Positions 32,946-39,970 of a stretch of DNA of 41,959 nucleotides are shown piece by piece. Under the pieces are notes generated by a model. It had not been told where the DNA came from. It worked only from the letters and a program-made list of their open reading frames with translations, and searched no databases. Source of the stretch: Elusimicrobiota bacterium (GTDB lineage Bacteria; Elusimicrobiota; Elusimicrobia; UBA1565; UBA9628); the NCBI GenBank assembly GCA_041660645.1, contig JBAZVY010000001.1:25164-67122 (forward strand). The letters run 5' to 3'. The position numbers and the translations under genes were made by a program. Every line of letters begins with the position of its first letter. Position 1 is the stretch's first letter.

Positions 32946-34000
32946 ATCTGCAAGGCATGCTGAAGGTGAAGCTGGGCTGGGCCCAACCCGAGGGCCCCTA
33001 TCACGACGTGGTGCTGGCCAGCCGGGTGCGCCTGGCGCGCAACCTCAAGACCGCCGCGTTCTCGGGCCGGGCCTCGGCCCCAGCCCTAAAGCGGGTCCGG
33101 GAACAGGTATTCGCCGCGGCCCGCCAGACCTATCTCAAAGACGCCGCCTACCTGCGCCTAGATGAGCTCGACTCCGTAGACCGCCAATTCCTGGCGGAAC
33201 GCCATCTCATCAGCCCGGGCCTGGCCGCCGATCCCGGCTCAGGCGGCGCGGTGATAGACCCCCGGGAATGCCTCAACCTCATGGTCAACGAAGAAGACCA
33301 TCTGCGCATCGCGGCCCTGGCCCCGGGCCTGGACCTGCGCGCGGCCGCGCAGGAAGCCGACGGTTTGGACGACGAGCTGGCCGCCAGCCTGGATTTCGCG
33401 TTCCGACGGGACTGGGGCTATCTCACCGCCTGTCCGACCAATCTGGGCACGGGACTGCGCGCCTCCTGCCTGGTGCACCTGCCCGGGCTGGGCTTGTCCG
33501 GTCAGATCAACAAGCTGCTGGAAAGCCTGCCCCGGGCCGGACTCATCGCCCGCGGCCTGTACGGCGAAGGCACCAAGGTCATGGGCGATTTCTTCCAAAT
33601 ATCCAATGCCACGGCCCTGGGCCGCACCGAAAGCGAGATAGTCGCGGCCGTGGAGCATGCCGTAGAAGAATTGTCCCGCCGGGAGAAAGAAGCCCGCCAC
33701 AAATTAGCGGCTGGGGCCAGCCGGACCCAGCTCGAAGACACCGTATACCGCTCCCTGGGCTTGTTGAGCCAAGCGCGTCTCTTATCCTTCGAGGAAGCCT
33801 GCCACCATCTCTCCGCCCTGCGCCTGGGCCTATCCCTGGGCTGGGACGCGCCCGCGGACTTCGGCGGGATAAACGAACTCATGATCATGACCCAGCCCGC
33901 CCACATACTGATGCTCGCGGGCAAGCCCCTATCCGCGCCGGACCAGGCCGTGCTGAGGGCCACGCTCATGCGCCGGCGCCTCGGCCGCGCCGCCAAGTAA
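32942..34000 (+). CDS. mcsB: protein arginine kinase (ATP:guanido phosphotransferase)
   Basis: SRVRLARNL, NEEDHLRI, CPTNLGTGLRAS, RGLYGEG. 352 aa. Confidence 0.9.
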   Translation: MNLQGMLKVKLGWAQPEGPYHDVVLASRVRLARNLKTAAFSGRASAPALKRVREQVFAAARQTYLKDAAYLRLDELDSVDRQFLAERHLISPGLAADPGSGGAVIDPRECLNLMVNEEDHLRIAALAPGLDLRAAAQEADGLDDELAASLDFAFRRDWGYLTACPTNLGTGLRASCLVHLPGLGLSGQINKLLESLPRAGLIARGLYGEGTKVMGDFFQISNATALGRTESEIVAAVEHAVEELSRREKEARHKLAAGASRTQLEDTVYRSLGLLSQARLLSFEEACHHLSALRLGLSLGWDAPADFGGINELMIMTQPAHILMLAGKPLSAPDQAVLRATLMRRRLGRAAK

Positions 34001-34010
34001 CGGCCGCCCC

Positions 34011-34604
34011 ATGCCCAAAGAACCCCGGCACGGCTGGCAGACGAAGAAATCCACGCTCAAATACCGGAACGCTTGGATCTCGGTGCGCGAAGACGCCGTA
34101 GTCTATCCCGACGGCCGGCCCGGCATCTACGGGGTATTGGACAAGGGCCCCGGAGTCTGCGTACTGCCCCAGGCCGAGGACGGCGGCATATATATGATCC
34201 GCCAGTACCGCTACACCATAGACGCCGAAGTCTGGGAACTGCCGGCCGGCGCCATAGGCGACGGCGAGTCCGAGACCGCCGCCGCCCGCCGGGAACTGCG
34301 CGAGGAGACCGGCCTGGCCGCTCGAAGATTCCGCCGCCTGGGCGATTTCTATACGGCCCTGGGCCACGAGACCGCGAAGATCATCGTATACCTGGCGGCC
34401 GGACTGAAGCCGCATGCCGGCCGCGGCCTGCGCCAGCCGGACGAGACCATATTGGAGATCGCCAAATTCTCGCCCGCCGGGCTGCGGCGCATGATCCGCG
34501 AGGACCGCATAAAATGCGGCATCACCCTGGCCGCGCTCAATCATCTTTTCCAAGCCCGAAGCCGCGTCCCGCTCCGGAGCCCCGACCGCCAGCAACGGAG
34601 GTAA
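34011..34604 (+). CDS. NUDIX hydrolase (ADP-ribose pyrophosphatase-like)
   Basis: Nudix box GAIGDGESETAAARRELREETGL preceded by WELPAG. Confidence 0.85.
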   Translation: MPKEPRHGWQTKKSTLKYRNAWISVREDAVVYPDGRPGIYGVLDKGPGVCVLPQAEDGGIYMIRQYRYTIDAEVWELPAGAIGDGESETAAARRELREETGLAARRFRRLGDFYTALGHETAKIIVYLAAGLKPHAGRGLRQPDETILEIAKFSPAGLRRMIREDRIKCGITLAALNHLFQARSRVPLRSPDRQQRR

Positions 34605-34608
34605 AGCC

Positions 34609-35622
34609 ATGGTCTCTGCAGCGTCTCCTTATTTCTCCGTCATCGTGCCCACCTATAACCGGGCTCGGATGCTGTGCACCGCATTGCAAACGATCCAGTA
34701 TCAGACCTGCCAGGACTGGGAGTGCTTTGTGGTGGATGATGGCTCGACCGATGAGACCGCCGCCGCCTTACTCCGGTTCGCAAGCGATCGGCGCTTCCAG
34801 ATCATCAGTTCCGATGAAAATCATGGCATGAACCCCTCCCGCAACCTGGCCCTGGAAAAAGCGCGCGGCCGATTCATAACCTTCCTGGATTCGGATGACC
34901 TCTGGCTGCCCGATCGCCTCCAGGCATTCCAGCGGCGCGCCCAGGCCTCGCCCGAGTCCGGGTTCCTATTCTCGAACGCCTACATTTTACGGTACGGCCG
35001 GATCGTCGGGACCTTGTTCCATCCGGACCGCGACATCCCGGAAGGCCGGGTCCCGGGCCATTACGCCATCGGAGACCGCCGGCTCCCTTACGTAACGACC
35101 AATGTCGCCATAAAACGAGAGGCCTTTGAACTCTGGGGCAAGTTCCGCACCGATATGCGGACGCTCGACACCGAACTTTTCACCAGATTCCTGGCCCAGG
35201 GACTGCCGGTCGCCGCCATCAAAGAGCCGCTCTCGGTCCGGCGCCTGCATGATGATCAGCTCACCGGGCATTACTCCGACAACTTCTCAGAATCCTTGCA
35301 GGCCATCGCCGCCAGCGGAGCCCCGGAAGCCGACCGGCTAAGTCTGCGCCATCAGATCGCCCGGGAGACCGCTTTATACCTGATCAAGGCGGCCAGGCCA
35401 TCGCAAGCCCGGACTTTCCTGCTGGAGCATTTGGGCCCAGACGCGCGCATGACCCCGGAATGGCGGCTCAGCATGATCCCGGCGCCCATCCTGGAAGCGC
35501 TGCGCAGACTGCGCGGGATATATATGCGGCTAAGATACCATCCGCGCCTTATCCCGGCCGCGCACCGCGGCGTCCTGCATGCGATCAGTCCCCTGCTGGA
35601 CGCGGAAACGCGCCCGGGATAA
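34609..35622 (+). CDS. family 2 glycosyltransferase
   Basis: FSVIVPTYNRARML, VVDDGSTD, FLDSDD. SD GGAGG 7 nt upstream of the ATG. Confidence 0.85.
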   Translation: MVSAASPYFSVIVPTYNRARMLCTALQTIQYQTCQDWECFVVDDGSTDETAAALLRFASDRRFQIISSDENHGMNPSRNLALEKARGRFITFLDSDDLWLPDRLQAFQRRAQASPESGFLFSNAYILRYGRIVGTLFHPDRDIPEGRVPGHYAIGDRRLPYVTTNVAIKREAFELWGKFRTDMRTLDTELFTRFLAQGLPVAAIKEPLSVRRLHDDQLTGHYSDNFSESLQAIAASGAPEADRLSLRHQIARETALYLIKAARPSQARTFLLEHLGPDARMTPEWRLSMIPAPILEALRRLRGIYMRLRYHPRLIPAAHRGVLHAISPLLDAETRPG

Positions 35623-35695
35623 CCCGCCCGAGCCGGCCGAGATGCCTGACACCGGAAGTATGAAATTGCTAGACTAGCCTTACCCCACCAGGAGG

Positions 35696-36328
35696 ATGAA
35701 CATGGTCTTCAGCATCATGCCCAAGGACGAAAAATTCTTCAGACTCTTCGAAGCCCAAGCCGACTACGGCTCCAAGGCCGTGAAGGCGTTCAAAGAACTG
35801 GTGGGCAATTGGGACCTGAAGTCCCCGGCCTTCGAACAGATCCGCGAGATCGAGCACGAAGCGGACATCACCACCCATGAGATATTCGACAAGCTCAACC
35901 GGACCTTCATCACCCCGTTCGACCGAGAGGACATCCACAACCTAGCCAGCGAGATGGACGATATCGCCGACATCGTGCAGTCCATCTGCAACCGCATGTT
36001 CCTTTACAAGATCCAACACTCCACCCCGGACCTCATGACCCTGGTAGACATCCTGGACCAGGCCGTAGACGCCATCCGCAAGGCTATCGGCGGCCTGCAG
36101 GACAAGGACAAAGTCCGCCGGGTGCTGGATTATTGCATAGAGATAAACCGCCTGGAGAATACGGGCGACCATGCCCGGGACATGGCCTTGAGCAAGCTCT
36201 TCGAGGGCAAACCCGACCCCATAGAAGTGCTCAAATGGCGGGAGATCTACGAAGTGGTGGAATGCGCCATAGACAAGTGCGAGGACATCGCCAATACCAT
36301 AGAGACCATATTGGTCAAACAAGCTTAA
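35696..36328 (+). CDS. DUF47 (TIGR00153) PhoU-like protein associated with the Pit transporter
   Basis: KDEKFFRLFEAQA...HEADITTHEI...FDREDIH. The second ATG at 35702 has better spacing (6 nt) from the SD GGAGG (35691-35695) and may be the true start. Confidence 0.85.
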   Translation: MNMVFSIMPKDEKFFRLFEAQADYGSKAVKAFKELVGNWDLKSPAFEQIREIEHEADITTHEIFDKLNRTFITPFDREDIHNLASEMDDIADIVQSICNRMFLYKIQHSTPDLMTLVDILDQAVDAIRKAIGGLQDKDKVRRVLDYCIEINRLENTGDHARDMALSKLFEGKPDPIEVLKWREIYEVVECAIDKCEDIANTIETILVKQA

Positions 36329-36334
36329 GCTAAA

Positions 36335-37330
36335 GTGGATCCTTTCTACATAGTAGTAGCCATCATAGCCCTGGCCTACCTGTTTGATTTCCTCAACGGG
36401 ATGCATGACGCGGCCAATTCCATCGCCACCATAGTATCCACCCGCGTACTCTCCCCCCGCCAAGCCGTGGTCTGGGCCGCGTTCTTCAACTTCATCGCGG
36501 CCTTCGGCTTCGGCGTACATGTAGCCAACACCATAGGCAAAGGCATCATCAACCCGGCGATCATCGACAACTACGTGATCGCCGGCGCCCTGATCGGAGC
36601 CAGCCTTTGGGACTGGATCACCATAGTCCTGGGCATACCGGTGAGCTCATCGCATGCGCTCATCGGCGGGCTCATAGGCGCGGGCGTGGCCAAGGCCGGC
36701 TTGGGCTGTCTTTTGACCCACAAACTGGCCATCATAATATCGTTCATATTCTTATCCCCGGCCATCGGGATGTTCTTCGGATTTCTGCTCATGGTGGCCG
36801 TGTCCTGGATATGCCGCCATCGCTCCCCCTATCAAGTGGACTCCATATTCCGCATAGGCCAACTTTTCTCAGCTGCCCTCTACAGCCTTTCCCATGGCGC
36901 CAATGACGCGCAAAAGACCATGGGCATAATAGCGATACTCCTATTCGCCAACGGCTATATGGGCGCTCAATTCCACGTGCCTTGGTGGATAATCATAAGC
37001 TGCCATGCGGTCATAGGCCTGGGCACCATGATGGGCGGCTGGAAGATCGTCAAGACCATGGGCAGCAAGGTCACCAAGCTCAAGCCCGTAGGCGGCTTCT
37101 GCGCCGAGACCGGCGCCGGGGTCTCCATATTCGTCTGCTCGCTCTTCGGCATCCCCGTGTCCACCACCCACACCATAACCGGGTCCATCGTAGGCGTAGG
37201 CTCGACCCATCGCCTGTCCGCGGTCAAGTGGGGCGTGGCCGGCCGCATCGTCTGGGCCTGGGTGCTGACCATCCCCTGCGCGGCCGCAGTATCCGCCCTG
37301 ACTTATCTAGTCTTCAAACATCTGTTCTAG
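36335..37330 (+). CDS. inorganic phosphate transporter, PiT family
   Basis: FDFLNGMHDAANSIAT, SSSHALIGG, and the second repeat GANDAQKTMG / STTHTITGS. GTG start. Confidence 0.9.
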   Translation: MDPFYIVVAIIALAYLFDFLNGMHDAANSIATIVSTRVLSPRQAVVWAAFFNFIAAFGFGVHVANTIGKGIINPAIIDNYVIAGALIGASLWDWITIVLGIPVSSSHALIGGLIGAGVAKAGLGCLLTHKLAIIISFIFLSPAIGMFFGFLLMVAVSWICRHRSPYQVDSIFRIGQLFSAALYSLSHGANDAQKTMGIIAILLFANGYMGAQFHVPWWIIISCHAVIGLGTMMGGWKIVKTMGSKVTKLKPVGGFCAETGAGVSIFVCSLFGIPVSTTHTITGSIVGVGSTHRLSAVKWGVAGRIVWAWVLTIPCAAAVSALTYLVFKHLF

Positions 37331-37338
37331 AGGCTCCT

Positions 37339-39129
37339 ATGACCAAACACGCTAAGTTGAACTCCTGGATAGAGGAGATGACGCGCCTGTGCTCGCCCGA
37401 CCGCGTGGTCTGGCTAGACGGTTCCGAAGCCGAAAAACAGCGCCTGGAATCCGAGGCCGTGGCCTCGGGCGAGATGCTGCGCCTGCACCGCAGCGATTAT
37501 CCGGGCTGCCTCTACCACCGCACCGCTTCCAACGACGTGGCCCGCACCGAACATTTGACCTTCATCTGCACCAAGTCCAAAGACGACGCCGGCCCCACCA
37601 ACAACTGGCTGTCGCCCGAAGACGGCTACCGCCGGGCCCGCGACCTATTCCGCGGCTCCATGAAAGGCCGGACCATGTACGTCATCCCCTTTTCCATGGG
37701 CGCGGTGGGCTCGCCCTTCTCCAAGATCGGAGTCCAGCTCACCGATTCCATATACGTGGCGCTCAACATGCGCATCATGACCCGCATCGGCCGAACGGTA
37801 TTGGACCAGCTGGGCCCGGACGGTGGATTCACAAAATGCCTGCATGGCAAGGCGGACTTGAACGCGGACCGCCGCATGATCCTGCACTTCCCGGAGGACA
37901 ACGCCATCTGGAGCGTGGGCTCCGGCTACGGCGGCAACGCGCTATTGGGCAAGAAATGCCTATCTTTGCGCATCGCCTCTTTCCTGGCCAAACAGGAAGG
38001 CTGGCTGGCCGAGCACATGCTCATACTGGGCATAGAAGACAAACAGGGCCGGGTCGAGTACGTCACCGCGGCTTTTCCCAGCGCCTGCGGCAAGACCAAC
38101 CTGGCCATGATGATCCCGCCCGAAGGCCTCAAGGCCAAAGGCTATAAGATCTGGACCGTAGGCGACGACATCGCCTGGCTGCGGATCGGGCCGGACGGCC
38201 GGCTCTGGGCGGTCAATCCCGAAGCCGGGTTCTTTGGCGTGGCTCCGGGCACCAATTCCAAGAGCAATCCCAACGCCCTGGCCACGACCCGGTCCAACAC
38301 CATCTTCACCAACGTGCTCCTGACCGAGGACGGCCATGTCTGGTGGGAAGACGGCGAAGGCGCGCCCCCGGCCAGCGGCATAGACTGGCAGGGACGGCCC
38401 TGGAAGCCGGGCCTTAAGGACGCCGCGGGCAAGCCCATAACCGGCGCTCACCCCAACAGCCGGTTCACGGCCCCGGCGGCGCAGTGCCCGTCCATATCCG
38501 CGCACTGGCAAGACCCGCAAGGCGTGCCCATCTCCGCCATGATATTCGGCGGCCGGCGCGAACGCCTGGCCCCCCTGGTCTACGAAGCCTTAGATTGGAA
38601 CCACGGCGTATACGTGGGCGCCACCGTGGCCTCCGAACGCACCGCGGCCCAAGTCGGCACGCTGGGCGAGGTCCGGCGCGACCCCATGGCCATGCTGCCC
38701 TTCTGCGGCTACAATATGGCCGACTACTTCACGCATTGGCTGGACATGGGCAAACGCATCCCGTTGCCGCCCAAGATATTCCACGTCAATTGGTTCCGCA
38801 AGGATGAAAAGGGCAAGTTCCTCTGGCCCGGATTCGGCGACAACCTGCGCGTGCTGGAATGGATGCTGGCCCGCTGCCGCGGAGAAGCCCCGGCCCAAGA
38901 CACGGCCATAGGCCGCCTGCCCAAGCCGGAAAGTCTGGACCTAGCCGGCCTCAAACTCGCGCCCGGAGCCATAGATAAGCTGCTCGAGGTACGGCCCGCG
39001 GATTGGGCCCAAGAACTCGAAGGCCACAAGAGCTTCTTCGAGAAGTTCGGGGGCCGATTGAACCCGGAGATGTGGCGCCAATACGAGGCCCTGAAAAAAC
39101 GCCTGGGCGCCGCGGTCCCGGCCCGCTGA
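37339..39129 (+). CDS. pckG: phosphoenolpyruvate carboxykinase (GTP)
   Basis: FPSACGKTN, GDDIAWL, NSRFT and overall GTP-PEPCK collinearity. 596 aa. Start at ATG 37339 with GAGG upstream. The ORF-track start at 36982 overlaps the transporter gene. Confidence 0.95.
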   Translation: MTKHAKLNSWIEEMTRLCSPDRVVWLDGSEAEKQRLESEAVASGEMLRLHRSDYPGCLYHRTASNDVARTEHLTFICTKSKDDAGPTNNWLSPEDGYRRARDLFRGSMKGRTMYVIPFSMGAVGSPFSKIGVQLTDSIYVALNMRIMTRIGRTVLDQLGPDGGFTKCLHGKADLNADRRMILHFPEDNAIWSVGSGYGGNALLGKKCLSLRIASFLAKQEGWLAEHMLILGIEDKQGRVEYVTAAFPSACGKTNLAMMIPPEGLKAKGYKIWTVGDDIAWLRIGPDGRLWAVNPEAGFFGVAPGTNSKSNPNALATTRSNTIFTNVLLTEDGHVWWEDGEGAPPASGIDWQGRPWKPGLKDAAGKPITGAHPNSRFTAPAAQCPSISAHWQDPQGVPISAMIFGGRRERLAPLVYEALDWNHGVYVGATVASERTAAQVGTLGEVRRDPMAMLPFCGYNMADYFTHWLDMGKRIPLPPKIFHVNWFRKDEKGKFLWPGFGDNLRVLEWMLARCRGEAPAQDTAIGRLPKPESLDLAGLKLAPGAIDKLLEVRPADWAQELEGHKSFFEKFGGRLNPEMWRQYEALKKRLGAAVPAR

Positions 39130-39153
39130 TTCGTAGACACAACGCTCATTTAC

Positions 39154-39549
39154 ATGCCCCAGACCATCCTTATCGTAGACGACGATCCCGACATCTCCAC
39201 TCCGCTCAAGGAATGCCTGGAGGCCCACGGCTATCAGGTCACCGTAGCCGGAGACGGGCTGCAAGCCATCCAACAGGCCTGCGACGCCCAGCCGGATATA
39301 ATCATCCTGGATTTCAATATGCCCGGGGGCGGCGGCACCGCCGCCTACGTATGCCTGCGTGAGCTCAAGCCCACGCTCCAGACCCCGGTCATATTTCTCA
39401 CGGGCGTGACGCTGGCCGAGGTCAAGAACAGCGTGTCGTTGGACGCCCATACCTATTTCATCTCCAAGCCCGCGGGGCTCGACCAGCTCCTGCCCGTGAT
39501 CCGCCAAGCCCTGGCTGAGGCAACTGCCGGCGGCCGAGCCCCCAAATGA
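39154..39549 (+). CDS. single-domain response regulator (CheY-like receiver)
   Basis: ILIVDDD, IIILDFNMPGGGG, IFLTG, SKP. 131 aa with no output domain. Confidence 0.9.
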   Translation: MPQTILIVDDDPDISTPLKECLEAHGYQVTVAGDGLQAIQQACDAQPDIIILDFNMPGGGGTAAYVCLRELKPTLQTPVIFLTGVTLAEVKNSVSLDAHTYFISKPAGLDQLLPVIRQALAEATAGGRAPK

Positions 39550-39578
39550 AACGGCCGCCCAGATCCTGGGCGGCCGTT
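39550..39578. terminator. GC-rich hairpin between convergent genes (likely intrinsic terminator, strongest for the minus-strand gene)
   Basis: The 12-bp stem AACGGCCGCCCA / TGGGCGGCCGTT has a 5-nt loop (gatcc). On the minus strand the hairpin is followed by TTTCATTT. On the plus strand the downstream T-tract is weak. Confidence 0.7.
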
Positions 39579-39600
39579 CATACTAGAGTCTAAGAGCCGA

Positions 39601-39792
39601 TTACTTGGTCGGCTGTCCGGCCGGGGCCGGCTGCGCGACAGGCGCCGGTTGTCCGGCAGGGACCGGCTGGGTCGCCTGAGTCTCGGTCGGCGTCGCGGTC
39701 TCAGGCGCCGGGGCCTTCTTGCAGCTTGCCATCGCCATCGTCATAGCCACTCCCGCCACCAATACGAGACCAAGGACTTTAGCCAATTTCAT
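39601..39792 (-). CDS. small lipoprotein with a Pro/Ala/Gln-rich tail (63 aa)
   Basis: SD AAAGGAGAA upstream of the ATG. Signal peptide plus lipobox-like AMASC. The tail has reiterated AGQPAP / VAQPAP units. Confidence 0.6.
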   Translation of the reverse strand: MKLAKVLGLVLVAGVAMTMAMASCKKAPAPETATPTETQATQPVPAGQPAPVAQPAPAGQPTK

Positions 39793-39903
39793 TTATTTTC
39801 TCCTTTAATTTATTGCTGATTACCGCGGCCTCGGCCGCGGATGAATCAATTATAGCGGATTAGGACGCTGGGTATCTAACGTCATTTTGCATCCGGGCAC
39901 GGT

Positions 39904-39963
39904 TGGACAGGCCTTCAGCCTAATTCCTATACTATAGGAAGTCCTACACCTACCCAAGGAGGG
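39904..39963 (+). promoter_or_regulatory. candidate ppdK promoter, overlapping palindromic operator-like site, and SD
   Basis: TGGACA (39904-39909), an 18-nt spacer, TATACT (39928-39933). The 17-bp palindrome TTCCTATA-C-TATAGGAA (39924-39940) covers the -10 box. The SD AGGAGGG (39957-39963) lies 7 nt before ATG 39971. Confidence 0.5.
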
Positions 39964-39970
39964 TTTTTAC

